Shown one piece after another: positions 38,277 to 47,584 of a stretch of DNA of 64,000 nt. The notes below the pieces were generated by a model. That model was not told where the DNA came from and searched no databases. It saw only the letters and a list, made by a program, of their open reading frames with translations. Every line of letters starts with the position of its first letter. The stretch's first letter is position 1. The position numbers were made by a program, and so were the translations under genes. Origin of the DNA: an uncultured bacterium (lineage in GTDB: Bacteria; Verrucomicrobiota; Kiritimatiellia; CAIKKV01; CAITUY01); the NCBI GenBank assembly GCA_903958395.1, contig CAJBSZ010000101.1, forward strand, positions 3,894 to 67,893, read 5' to 3'.

Positions 38277-38620
38277 ACGGAATGATGGATTCACTGAAAT
38301 TGATGCGCCTTGCCCGGGAAGCCCTGCTTTCAAAGAAGGCTTCCAACCTTGTTGTTTTTGATGTGCGGAAAACGTCGCCCGTGACGGATTATTATATGAT
38401 CACGTCCGGAGCCACGCCGGCCCAGCTGAAGGCCATGATGAATGCCGTGATCAAGGATATCAAGGCGACAGACTCAATCCGTCCCCGCATTTCAGGAACC
38501 CCGGACGACGGGTGGATGGTGCTCGACCTGTTTGATGTAGTTATCCACGTTTTTCAGGACGAGGTCCGGAAATACTATTCCATTGAAGAGTTGTGGGCTG
38601 ATTGTCCTCAAGTGACGTGA
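38273..38620 (+). CDS. rsfS: Ribosome silencing factor
   Basis: WMVLDLFDVVIHVF and RKYYSIEELW motifs; follows nadD. Confidence 0.92.
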   Translation: MNGMMDSLKLMRLAREALLSKKASNLVVFDVRKTSPVTDYYMITSGATPAQLKAMMNAVIKDIKATDSIRPRISGTPDDGWMVLDLFDVVIHVFQDEVRKYYSIEELWADCPQVT

Positions 38621-39137
38621 AGTCATCCATCAGGTCGATTTGCGAATCCATCTTCATTCCCTGAAGGATCAGCAACTGATCCGCGAGAATCGTCATGTCG
38701 GATTCGTCAGAGTAACTCGCCTGGGAGCCCTCATTTCCCATAACCAGCGCGACCAGGGAAACAATTTCCGTGGCTGGCGAGTTTTTGGCCAGTGCGGGGG
38801 CAGCACGGTGTATGGTCATTAATTTGAGGCTGGTGAGGCAAATCGCAAGACTGGCGGCGGCGGCCAGGATTCCCCGCCAGGGAATGGAGAGCTGCCGCGG
38901 GGTTCTCAGGGCGTGTCGTTCCGCAGCGGCCCGTAGGGATTCCAGAATTGCCGGGGAGGGCGAGGTGCGGGAGGCCGGGGTTTCCTTCAGGACTTTTCGC
39001 AGAAGGCTGAGGTCAGCCTGGCTCTGGCGGCAGGCGGGGCATTCCACGAGGTGGCGGTCCAGATCCTGCCGCTGCCGGCCGGTCAATTCCCCCGAGTCCT
39101 GCAAGAGGATCAAGTTTTCAATTTGAGTACAGTTCAT
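38541..39137 (-). CDS. Zinc-finger (zf-HC2) anti-sigma factor
   Basis: HLVECPAC (HxxxCxxC) plus one TM; directly downstream of an ECF sigma factor. Confidence 0.8.
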   Translation of the reverse strand: MNCTQIENLILLQDSGELTGRQRQDLDRHLVECPACRQSQADLSLLRKVLKETPASRTSPSPAILESLRAAAERHALRTPRQLSIPWRGILAAAASLAICLTSLKLMTIHRAAPALAKNSPATEIVSLVALVMGNEGSQASYSDESDMTILADQLLILQGMKMDSQIDLMDDFTSLEDNQPTTLQWNSISGPRPEKRG

Positions 39138-39138
39138 T

Positions 39139-39759
39139 TTAGTCTTTCCGATCCGGCTCGTGATCCTTCAGAAGCAGTCTCATTTTATCGAGTGCATAAT
39201 GCATTCTCGAAAGAGCCGTGTTCAGTGAGACCCGTTGCATTTTTGCTATATCCTTAAACGCCATATCCGCCTCCATGCGGAGCGTGAACACCTCGCGCTG
39301 TTCAGCCGGCAACTGCGCCAGCGCCAGCTCAATCGCCCTCCCCAGATCCCGGCTGTGTGCCCGCCTGTCCGGACCCGGTTCCGGGGTTTTCATCCGGTCA
39401 CGCCAGGTGGTTTCGTTTTCACCCGTCCCCAGGGGGGCATCCATACTGACTTTTTTCTTTTCCCGTCTGCTCCAGTCGACGACCAGATTATACCCGATCG
39501 TGAACAGCCAGCTCTTAAAATGATCCCCCCTGAACCCGTGGGCCTTGGTGATGACCCGCATCCACGTGTTCTGGAAAATCTCCTCTGCCTCTGCCTCACA
39601 CTTGGTCGTCCGAACCAGAAAGCTGAAAAGCGGTCGCCTGTAGCGCTCCACCAATTCATCGAGCGCCCCGGGAACTCCCCGGTTATAGGCCGCAATGAGA
39701 TCCTCATCACAGGTCTTTCCGGGCGAACTCCCGTCACTATTTCCGGTCTCACTACTCAT
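39139..39759 (-). CDS. ECF RNA polymerase sigma factor
   Basis: AEEIFQNTW, FKSWLFTI, LPAEQREVF and SLNTALSRMHYA motifs. Confidence 0.92.
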   Translation of the reverse strand: MSSETGNSDGSSPGKTCDEDLIAAYNRGVPGALDELVERYRRPLFSFLVRTTKCEAEAEEIFQNTWMRVITKAHGFRGDHFKSWLFTIGYNLVVDWSRREKKKVSMDAPLGTGENETTWRDRMKTPEPGPDRRAHSRDLGRAIELALAQLPAEQREVFTLRMEADMAFKDIAKMQRVSLNTALSRMHYALDKMRLLLKDHEPDRKD

Positions 39760-39799
39760 AACGAACGAGCACCCTTGTTTATTTTATACAAATTACAGG

Positions 39800-39827
39800 T
39801 TGACTTGGACTGATGGGCCGATATTAT
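39800..39827 (+). promoter_or_regulatory. Putative sigma70 promoter of rpsT
   Basis: TTGACT-16 nt-TATTAT. Confidence 0.55.
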
Positions 39828-39884
39828 GACGGCGTTTTTTGCGGTCAGCAAGCAACAACAGAAGTTAGGGTAAAGGATAGTTTT

Positions 39885-40148
39885 ATGCCGAATATCAAGC
39901 AAGCGGGCAAGCGGGCGAAACAGGCGTTGGTCCGACGGGTTCGCAATCGCAGCACCAAGAGTGAAATTGCCACGGGGCGTCGCGTGTATGTCGCGGCGAT
40001 CGAGTCGAAGGATAAAGTCAAGGCGCTCGCGGAATTCAGCGCATTCTGCTCAATTCTCGACAAGTCCTCCAAGCGGGGCATCATCAAGAAGAGTACGGCG
40101 GATCGTCGCAAATCGCGCGCTGCCGCCATGCTCGCGAAGATGGTGTAA
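39885..40148 (+). CDS. rpsT: 30S ribosomal protein S20
   Basis: MPNIKQAGKRAKQ...RNRSTKS...LDKSSKRGIIKKSTADRRKSR. Confidence 0.93.
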   Translation: MPNIKQAGKRAKQALVRRVRNRSTKSEIATGRRVYVAAIESKDKVKALAEFSAFCSILDKSSKRGIIKKSTADRRKSRAAAMLAKMV

Positions 40149-40167
40149 GTTTTTTGATGTTACTATG

Positions 40168-40203
40168 AAAAAAGCCGTGCCGGGCAACCGGACACGGCTT
40201 TTT
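40168..40203. terminator. Bidirectional Rho-independent terminator between rpsT and lptE
   Basis: AAAAAGCCGTG-CCGG-GCAA-CCGG-A-CACGGCTTTTT. Confidence 0.85.
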
Positions 40204-40222
40204 GTGTTGTTGTGAGTGGCCG

Positions 40223-40738
40223 TTACCAGTATTCCACCACGCATTTGACGACCCGCTGCCCCAGATCTGAGGCGGCCTTTGGAAGAGCCAGGCGGCGTGC
40301 GCTGGGAAGATCCGCGAGCGCCGTGAAGGTGGTGAAGCCAATGACCCCCTTGGTGTTCACCACGATTTCATTCGAGGGAAGCTTTTTAAGAATGACATCA
40401 GCGGTCAGGATCAGGCGATATTCCTTGGCGGTCGTGGCCTGATCCCGGCGATACCGGAGGGGCTCCAGTTCATATTTCCTGACGGTGACCTCCAGGATGC
40501 TGTTGGCCTGCTCTTTCGGGAGAACCTTCAGGGATCCGTCCTTCTGGAATTCCTGAATGGCGGCACCGGTCAGGATGGTCTCCAACCCGGGTTCCTTGGC
40601 CTCAATGGTGAATACCGGGATGTTAATGGAGGTGATCCCCGGGGGGAGATTGCTACCCAGTTTGTAGCCCACGCATCCGGAGGTGGCCAGAACCAGGCTG
40701 GCGAGTCCAAGAAGTCCCCAAAAATTACTTTTTTTCAT
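40223..40738 (-). CDS. lptE: LptE-family lipoprotein
   Basis: Lipobox TSGC followed by VGYKLG; LptE-like body; downstream of bamD. Confidence 0.8.
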   Translation of the reverse strand: MKKSNFWGLLGLASLVLATSGCVGYKLGSNLPPGITSINIPVFTIEAKEPGLETILTGAAIQEFQKDGSLKVLPKEQANSILEVTVRKYELEPLRYRRDQATTAKEYRLILTADVILKKLPSNEIVVNTKGVIGFTTFTALADLPSARRLALPKAASDLGQRVVKCVVEYW

Positions 40739-41747
40739 GGCTGTTGATGTCCTTTCTCAAGTTCTCGATCCGTTGGCGTGCTTGTCCTGCACATTCATGT
40801 GAGGCGTATTTTTTCAAAAATCCCTCGTAGGCGATCAGGGCGGCTTTCGGGCGATGAGCGATTTGATCGTAATATCGGGCCAATTCAAACGCCCGCCGGG
40901 CCTGCTCATCGTTGAGTTGTGCCAGAAGGGTTCTGGACTCCGTGATTTTTTCGTGGCCGGGATAGGCACGGATGAATTGAACCAGCGCCGCCCGGGCGGC
41001 ATTGCAGGAGTTTTCATCGTTGGGGCGGTTCCGGTACAATTTGGTCAGGCACTGGGCTTCGCGGAAGGAGGCCTGCGCCAGGATCGTCTCGTCGTTGTAA
41101 CGGTTCTGGACGATCTCAAAGGCGGCAACCGCCTCTTCCTCCTCCTCATTCAATTCATGAATGATGCCGATGTTGAGCTGGCAGGTGGCGGCATACTCCC
41201 AGGTGGGCGCATTCAGAATAATCTTTTCAAAGAGGGGGATGGCCCGCTCGGGGGCTTCAAATCCGGGAAATAACAGAAAGGCGCCCTTCCGCGTGGTCAT
41301 GAGGTAATTGGCAATTTTGAACTGACGGCCCAGAACGTCCCGGTAGTCGAACTGTCCGGGATAGTAATCAAACAGGTATTGATACTCGTCAAAGGCCTTC
41401 TCGTAGAGTTCGCGTTCTTCCTGAACCCGGGCAAGCTCGAATTGAGCCTTCGGGGCTTCGGGCGAGTCCGGCCACGCGTAGACCAGCGCCTGATAGGCGT
41501 TGGCCGTCTTCCGGTAGCGTTTATCCTGATGGTACTGTGCGGCCAGCTTCATCTGCTCTGCGGCCGTGGCACAGGAGGGACTGCGGTACCAGCGAAGACC
41601 CCGCTTGACCTGTGCTTTTTCACCTCTGGATTGATTCTGGGTTGACGGGGCGCCGGGGGGCGGAGTGGGCATGTTGTCGTAACTGGCCCGACAAGGGCTC
41701 GCCCAGAGCAACATCAGGAACAATAATATCGGGATCATGAAACGCAT
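40725..41747 (-). CDS. bamD: Outer membrane assembly factor BamD-like TPR protein
   Basis: Signal peptide; TPR repeats (WPDSPEAPKAQF, FIRAYPG); bamD-lptE order. Confidence 0.75.
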   Translation of the reverse strand: MRFMIPILLFLMLLWASPCRASYDNMPTPPPGAPSTQNQSRGEKAQVKRGLRWYRSPSCATAAEQMKLAAQYHQDKRYRKTANAYQALVYAWPDSPEAPKAQFELARVQEERELYEKAFDEYQYLFDYYPGQFDYRDVLGRQFKIANYLMTTRKGAFLLFPGFEAPERAIPLFEKIILNAPTWEYAATCQLNIGIIHELNEEEEEAVAAFEIVQNRYNDETILAQASFREAQCLTKLYRNRPNDENSCNAARAALVQFIRAYPGHEKITESRTLLAQLNDEQARRAFELARYYDQIAHRPKAALIAYEGFLKKYASHECAGQARQRIENLRKDINSHEKK

Positions 41748-41757
41748 ATGGGGGCAT

Positions 41758-41786
41758 ACTTTAGGGGGCGTGGCGGAGAGGGTCAA
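41758..41786 (-). promoter_or_regulatory. Putative promoter of bamD-lptE overlapping the deacetylase 3' end
   Basis: TTGACC-17 nt-TAAAGT, 10 nt before ATG 41747. Confidence 0.5.
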
Positions 41787-42663
41787 GAGGGGAATGAGCG
41801 GCCGCGACGGAGGTGGTGGACGATGTCGGGCAGGCGATGCAGCGGCAGAGTCCCGCCTCTTTCAGTGCCTGCGGGCCATCGAAGAAGGGCTTGTCCGGAA
41901 CCGTGAATCCCACCCGTCGGGCCTCATCCACCAGAATGTGAAGATAGTCTGTCATATGTCGCGCCGTGTAGGGATTGACATCATGAAAGTTCAGGATGAC
42001 GGTGAGCGAGGCCGCCGGACTGCCGCTGTGCCTGGCGTTTTGAAAGATCTCAATGAGGGCGTTCCGGATATGGATCCGCCGGAACAGGCTGCCCTTGTAG
42101 CCGTAGATCAGGCCGTCCCTCGCCCGGATATCCGCCATGAGCATGTGAAGTCCCAGCGCCTCATAGAGGGCCTGTGTCGTTTGATTTTTTGCCCCGAACG
42201 GCGGGCGCACGAATATCGGATCCGAGCCCGTGATGTCCCGAAGCAATGCCTGGGCCGCCTTGAGTCCTGCCTCCAATTCAGCGGGCGGGACTTTCCGGTG
42301 ATCCACATGGCCCCGGGGTGATACACTATGAATGCCGAGCAGGTGCTCCTCTGCGGCGAGGGCCCGCATGACGGCGTGGCCTTCCGGGGTGCCCCCTCCG
42401 CGCGGATGCCCCGTTTGGACAAAAAAGAGGGCCTTGGCGCCCGGTTGCACATCATTGGTGGCAAGTTGATGCAGGATGGCGAGGGTCGGGTTGTAGGGCT
42501 TTGTGATGCTGGGACCGTCATCAAAGGAGAGGATGAAGCGGATCACCGGCGGCGGAATGCCCGCATCATGCGCGGAGGGGGCGGGAATGGAGCGGCAGGA
42601 TGACAGGACTCCTGCCAGCAGGATCAAGCCCGACAGCTGTGCTGGAATCGCCGGGGATTTCAT
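41761..42663 (-). CDS. NodB-type polysaccharide deacetylase, probable lipoprotein
   Basis: LSFDDGP, HS..H, RPPFG and NFHD motifs; lipobox-like VLSSC. Confidence 0.85.
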   Translation of the reverse strand: MKSPAIPAQLSGLILLAGVLSSCRSIPAPSAHDAGIPPPVIRFILSFDDGPSITKPYNPTLAILHQLATNDVQPGAKALFFVQTGHPRGGGTPEGHAVMRALAAEEHLLGIHSVSPRGHVDHRKVPPAELEAGLKAAQALLRDITGSDPIFVRPPFGAKNQTTQALYEALGLHMLMADIRARDGLIYGYKGSLFRRIHIRNALIEIFQNARHSGSPAASLTVILNFHDVNPYTARHMTDYLHILVDEARRVGFTVPDKPFFDGPQALKEAGLCRCIACPTSSTTSVAAAHSPLDPLRHAP

Positions 42664-43634
42664 CGGGAGCCTCCCGCCTGAACCCCTTGTTCCCATTTCC
42701 GGCAGCGTCCCCCGCTGCGGCCCAGGGATTCGTCATGATCCAGGATCTCTATCACCTCGCACTGGTTCGGGCAGTCGTTGCACCGGAAGCCGCGTGTGGC
42801 GATCTCACGGTCACAGAGGCTGTAACCACGAAAACGGGTTCGGATCGGATTGGCGCGGGCTGCGAGCAGGGCCGCGCCATAAGCACCCATGACCATGTTG
42901 TGTTGCGGGATGATGACCTCGGTCTGGAGAGCCTCATTGAAGGCCCGGCGGATTCCCCGGTTGGCGCTGACCCCGCCCTGCAGGACGATGGGGGGGCGGA
43001 TTTCCTTTCCGGCGCAGACATTGCTGAGGAAGTTGCGCACCATGGCCTGGCACAGGCCCATGACGATATCGTGCTGCTGGTGGCCGGCTTGCTGCTTATG
43101 GATCATGTCGGATTCGGCAAAGACGGTGCAACGCCCCGCAATGGTGGTGGGATCGCTCGAGAGGAGCGCCCGTTCGCCCAGTTCCTCAATGGAGAGGCTG
43201 AGTCGCTTGGCTTGTGAATCCAGAAAACTTCCCGTACCCGCGGCGCAGATCAGGTTCATGGCAAAGTCCACCACCACGCCGTTGCGCAGGATCGTGACCT
43301 TGCTGTCCTGCCCCCCGATTTCAAAAATGGTGTTCGCCTCCGGGTGCAGATGCAGCGCAGCCCGGGCATGGGCGCTGATCTCATTCTTCACGATGTCCGC
43401 CCCGACGACGGCTCCGATCAGGGTGCGGGCACTCCCCGTGGTGCCGACTCCGGCGATTTCCAGGGTGCCGGGAACCGTCTGGCGCATCTCCAGAAGTGCT
43501 TTCTGAACGGAGTGGATCGGATTGCCATCAACCCGCCGGTAGGCGGTGAAGAGGACCGTCGAGCCGGAATCAATCAATACCAGATTGGTGCTGATCGAGC
43601 CGACATCAATCCCGAGATAGGCTTGGGTTGTCAT
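42660..43634 (-). CDS. ATP-dependent CoA-substrate enzyme activase (BadF/BadG/BcrA/BcrD family)
   Basis: GIDVGSIST, EIGGQDSK, CAAGTGSFLD and GRCTVFAESD motifs; C-terminal CNDCPNQC...RC. Confidence 0.92.
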   Translation of the reverse strand: MTTQAYLGIDVGSISTNLVLIDSGSTVLFTAYRRVDGNPIHSVQKALLEMRQTVPGTLEIAGVGTTGSARTLIGAVVGADIVKNEISAHARAALHLHPEANTIFEIGGQDSKVTILRNGVVVDFAMNLICAAGTGSFLDSQAKRLSLSIEELGERALLSSDPTTIAGRCTVFAESDMIHKQQAGHQQHDIVMGLCQAMVRNFLSNVCAGKEIRPPIVLQGGVSANRGIRRAFNEALQTEVIIPQHNMVMGAYGAALLAARANPIRTRFRGYSLCDREIATRGFRCNDCPNQCEVIEILDHDESLGRSGGRCRKWEQGVQAGGSR

Positions 43635-44704
43635 GATGAGGCCTGCTTTCTTCGTTCCCGCAGAATGTCTGTAAAGGCTTCCAACCGGGTGACGATCCCG
43701 ACATGGCTGCTGTGTTCGTCAAATGACAGTTCGAGAATGGGGATCGAGTGGTCCTGGCTGATCTTGCGCAGGATCGGGCGGATGGTGATTTCCGGCATAC
43801 AGCCGGTGGGGGCGATATGAATGACCCCGTCATAGTGCTCCTGGGCGCAGCGCAGGGTGTAGGCCACGGATTCCAAGGCGTGGCCGCCCACCCGCGACTT
43901 GAGATAGGGACGCGCAAGCCGGTTCAGGGAGTCACGGGAATCCGGGCTCCGGAATCCGATGTGGAAGATTTTAGCCAGTTCGTTTCCGAGCAGGAAAAAA
44001 TTCTGAACCTCGACGCCCAGGCTGCCCAGGGTTTCTTCCAGGTTGTGGTTCAGATAACTGTCCCGCAGGATTGAGGCTTCGCCCAGCAGTCCGATTTTCA
44101 GGGGCCTGGCCGCTGCGTCGGTGGGGACGGTGTGGAAGCGTGCGGGAATCGTCCGGGACAGGGCCCGGATGGCAGGCACGGTTCGGGCCTCGTCCAAATC
44201 CTTGAGGCACGTATTCATGAGGCGGGTGGTGTCGCCGGTGTGGAGCTCCCGTGCCCGGGTTTCCCAGGCCAGCTTTTCAATGGCGTCCACGGCATGAACC
44301 TTGAAAAAAGCGCGGCCGCAGCAGCGGAGGAAATCGCCCATCGTGGGGTCGAAATGGCGGATCAGGGGCGGCTTGATCCCGTCATAACCCAGTCCAAAGA
44401 TGAACAGATTGAATCCGCGATCCCTGAGGATTTTCTGCTGCAGTTCCCGGTAGTACCGGAGCCGGCAGGTGCCCACGCTGTTGACCATGACCCCGTATTC
44501 CACGCCTTCCATGGCCGCCTTGATGAAATAGCCGGTCGTAGCCTTAAAGGCCAGACAGCTGAACTCGGGCGAGGCGTCCGTCCCGAGTTTCATGATTTCA
44601 GGCGTGGTGCAGCGGGTGCTCCACGGGGTGACTCGCAGGCACTCCACGGAGGCGGCCAGCGCAATCGAATAGTTTCCCCAGGGGGGTATGGCCAGGGCTG
44701 TCAT
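43631..44704 (-). CDS. 2-hydroxyacyl-CoA dehydratase D-component-like subunit (PlsR-like)
   Basis: PEFSCLAFK, GTCRLRYY, GLLGE, PTGCMPE and DEHSSHVGIVTRLEAF motifs. Confidence 0.8.
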   Translation of the reverse strand: MTALAIPPWGNYSIALAASVECLRVTPWSTRCTTPEIMKLGTDASPEFSCLAFKATTGYFIKAAMEGVEYGVMVNSVGTCRLRYYRELQQKILRDRGFNLFIFGLGYDGIKPPLIRHFDPTMGDFLRCCGRAFFKVHAVDAIEKLAWETRARELHTGDTTRLMNTCLKDLDEARTVPAIRALSRTIPARFHTVPTDAAARPLKIGLLGEASILRDSYLNHNLEETLGSLGVEVQNFFLLGNELAKIFHIGFRSPDSRDSLNRLARPYLKSRVGGHALESVAYTLRCAQEHYDGVIHIAPTGCMPEITIRPILRKISQDHSIPILELSFDEHSSHVGIVTRLEAFTDILRERRKQASS

Positions 44705-44705
44705 G

Positions 44706-47153
44706 TTACCATCTCGTTGAATCCACAAATGCCTCCAGCCGGGTATCCGTTCCGGCCTGTGCGGCGTGTTCATCCACCACTAAAGTCATGGTGGGAATCC
44801 CTTTTGTTTTGAGTATGTCGCGGTTGAATTCCATCACAATGGAGTCGCATCCGCAATTGAAGGAGGTGAGTTGGATGACGGCGGCGCATTCAGCCGCATC
44901 CAGGGTCTTGAGATGGTGGATCATTTTTCCGCAGGTGTCCCACTTGATGTTGCCCGTCGGCATTTCCTCGCCGTCAAAGGGCATCAGGTCAACATCCACA
45001 TCGAGTCGTTTCAAGGTGGCGAGAATGGGGCCGGAAATATAGTCGTCGTGGAGATTGTAGGGATGGCTGATGACCAGGAGTCTTTTCCGTGCCGGACCCG
45101 GGGGGCGGACGGGCGGACGGCGCGCCTGGGCGAGGGCGGCGAGGGCGGCATCGGCGGCGGTGCACGTCAGGGCTTCCTCCGCGCCAAGGCGGCGGCCCAG
45201 TTCCAGCAGGGAGTCGCGCAGGGGCGTTATGGTTTCATTGATATCAAGGCTCAGGATCCGGGTGCGGTTCCCGAACTGGGCCTCGGCAACATCGGGCAAA
45301 GCGGAAAGTTTGGGGCAGGCAATGTGTCCCTTCAGGCCCGACAAAAGACGTGGAACAAAAAGCCGATCCACTTTACCGGCGAGTTCGGCCAGGTGGGCGT
45401 CGAGTAGTTTGAGTGGCAGGCAATGTTCCGATTCCGAGATCAGGACGGCCTGCTCGACCGTGTGACGGGTTGAAGCGCCGGACATTACGGGGGTGTGTCC
45501 GAGCTGGGTGAAGAAGGTTTCGAAAAGGGAGGGATAGTAAAAATAATACAGGGCGCGGGGGATGCCGATGGTCAGCGGCCTGAAACCTGTGCCATCCACC
45601 ACCGTTTTCAAAGCGGTGAAAGCGTCTGGGCGCATCTCCTGGAGAATCATGAGGCTGGCGTTGACGGCGGCCTTGGTGGCCATGGGCACTCCGCCCCCGT
45701 ACTCCGCCCATTGGCCGCCCAGCAACAACCGTTTGACGGGGGTCGTGAGAGTGGCGAGGCGGGCGTGGATGTTTTTTTGGGTCGGCTTGTGTCCCATGAT
45801 CGAGCCGTCCCGGTTTCCCGTGTAGCGGTGGAACGTAACCGGAGTGGCCACCTCCCTGACCTCGATGTGGCGGCGAAGGCCGGGGATCAGCAGGCGCTCG
45901 ACCCGGTCGAGAATCGTGTCGGTGAATTCCTGCTTATACCGGCGATAGGCTTCCCCGCGCTCCAGACCGGGTCCGGTTTCCCACTGATTGTGATGGGACA
46001 GGTAGGAGGGGCACTGGATGAGGAGAGTGCCTTTCCCCGGAGGGGCCAGGGAGGGATCGCGGAGAGAAGGGGCCAGAACGCTGATCAGGGTGGAATGGGC
46101 TTCTCCACTGACCCGATCTTCCAGGGGTATGGAGTCCTCAGTCAGGCGAACCAGGGACTCATCCAATCCAAGCGAGGCGGGGGGGCAATCCAGTCCCAGA
46201 TAAATTGAGAAGCTGGAGTAATACAGATCTGCATGACGAAGGCGCTTGAGTATTCTGGCGGGAACGCTGGCAGGGGGAAGCATCGTGGTGAAGAGCTGTT
46301 CCACATCGCAGGCGGCGATGACGTAGCGGGCGTGCACGGTGTCGCCGGTGGCGAGCCGGACTCCGGTCGCTTTTTTGGAGGCGTTGACGAGGACTTCACG
46401 GACGCGTTGGTTCAGGGTGATTCGGCCGCCGTTTTCGGTGATTTTCCGGCACAGCCAGTCCACCATTACGGCGCAGCCTCCCTCAGGCGGCTTTTGGAAA
46501 TCACCTGTGAAAGCGAACCCCAGCGGGACGAGAACCGACATCATGGTGCCATCGGAGTGAAAGAGATTCAGGAGTTCGCGGGTCTTGAAATAGCGGGTTA
46601 ATCCCCTGGCGGCCGGGGTTGATACCATATGGCGGATGGGCCAGACCCAGCCCGTCATGGCCAGGCCGTGATGCAGGAGTTCGCGGGGGGACATGGTTTT
46701 CACCGACCGCATGCGGTTGTCGAGGAACAGCATATGATGGCCGAGGCGTTCGGCGTCCCGGAAGAGTTTCTGAATCCCCTTTGATTCATGGGGAAAGTCC
46801 TGGATCAGTTGATCGCGAAGTTCCAGAGGGTTCGAGGTGAGCAGATAATTATGACCGGTGTTTTTATAGCGATGAATCCGCTGGAGCGGGACATAGCGCG
46901 GGCCGTCGTTGCCAATGGCGTGCTGAATACGGGCGAGAAAGCCGCCCGGGCGGCATTGGTTCAGCCATTCAAGGGAGGCGTCAAACGTGAATCCCTTGCG
47001 GTGGAACGAGGCCAGACAGCCGCCCGCCTGTGATTCTGTTTCGAAGAGCTCGACACGGAGACCGGCCTTCGACAGCAGGGCGGCGGCAGTTAATCCTGCA
47101 ATACCACCCCCGATGATCACGACATCGCAGTGAGTTGGACGGCCCATAGTCAC
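44706..47153 (-). CDS. Phytoene-desaturase-like FAD oxidoreductase fused to a DUF2229 (activase-related) domain
   Basis: N-terminal GGGIAGL, GFTFD, TPVTFHRY and GGGVP (COG1233-like); C-terminal IGIPRAL, CLPLK, CPKL, SFNCGCD and DEHAAQAGTDTRLEAF. Confidence 0.85.
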   Translation of the reverse strand: MTMGRPTHCDVVIIGGGIAGLTAAALLSKAGLRVELFETESQAGGCLASFHRKGFTFDASLEWLNQCRPGGFLARIQHAIGNDGPRYVPLQRIHRYKNTGHNYLLTSNPLELRDQLIQDFPHESKGIQKLFRDAERLGHHMLFLDNRMRSVKTMSPRELLHHGLAMTGWVWPIRHMVSTPAARGLTRYFKTRELLNLFHSDGTMMSVLVPLGFAFTGDFQKPPEGGCAVMVDWLCRKITENGGRITLNQRVREVLVNASKKATGVRLATGDTVHARYVIAACDVEQLFTTMLPPASVPARILKRLRHADLYYSSFSIYLGLDCPPASLGLDESLVRLTEDSIPLEDRVSGEAHSTLISVLAPSLRDPSLAPPGKGTLLIQCPSYLSHHNQWETGPGLERGEAYRRYKQEFTDTILDRVERLLIPGLRRHIEVREVATPVTFHRYTGNRDGSIMGHKPTQKNIHARLATLTTPVKRLLLGGQWAEYGGGVPMATKAAVNASLMILQEMRPDAFTALKTVVDGTGFRPLTIGIPRALYYFYYPSLFETFFTQLGHTPVMSGASTRHTVEQAVLISESEHCLPLKLLDAHLAELAGKVDRLFVPRLLSGLKGHIACPKLSALPDVAEAQFGNRTRILSLDINETITPLRDSLLELGRRLGAEEALTCTAADAALAALAQARRPPVRPPGPARKRLLVISHPYNLHDDYISGPILATLKRLDVDVDLMPFDGEEMPTGNIKWDTCGKMIHHLKTLDAAECAAVIQLTSFNCGCDSIVMEFNRDILKTKGIPTMTLVVDEHAAQAGTDTRLEAFVDSTRW

Positions 47154-47584
47154 GCCAGAGTGAAAAACGCGGCGGCATCCAGGATGGAAAGCCCGTTTTT
47201 GTGAAGGGCTTTGGAGGCCTGGTCGGGCTTGTCCACCCGGACAATCATGATTGCGTTACTGCCCCGCTTAAGGGTAAAGGCGTACATGTATTCGATGTTG
47301 ATGGCATTGGGTTCCAGGATGGCCAGAATGCTTTCCATACCCCCGGGATGATCCGGAATTTCAATGGCCAGTACATCGCTGATAGTCACCACGCAGCCGG
47401 CCTTCTCCAGTACGTCCCGGGCCTTTTCCCACTCCCTGATCATGATCCTCAGAATGCCGAATTTTCCAGTGTCCGCGAGGCAGAGGGTTGGGATATTGAT
47501 GCCTGCCGCCGCCAGCACCTTGCAAGGATGGCCGAGGCGGCCGGGTTTGTTTTCCAGACAGACAGACAGTTGTTTCAGTGTCAT
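47150..47584 (-). CDS. Tandem ACT-domain protein
   Basis: QLSVCLENKPGRL, IPDHPGG and INIEYMYAF motifs. Confidence 0.9.
   Translation of the reverse strand: MTLKQLSVCLENKPGRLGHPCKVLAAAGINIPTLCLADTGKFGILRIMIREWEKARDVLEKAGCVVTISDVLAIEIPDHPGGMESILAILEPNAINIEYMYAFTLKRGSNAIMIVRVDKPDQASKALHKNGLSILDAAAFFTLA

Noticed and set aside
44706..47153. Carotenoid biosynthesis (crtI) assignment
   Set aside because: No crtB, crtE or cyclase in the window, and the domain is fused to DUF2229; only family-level similarity is supportable
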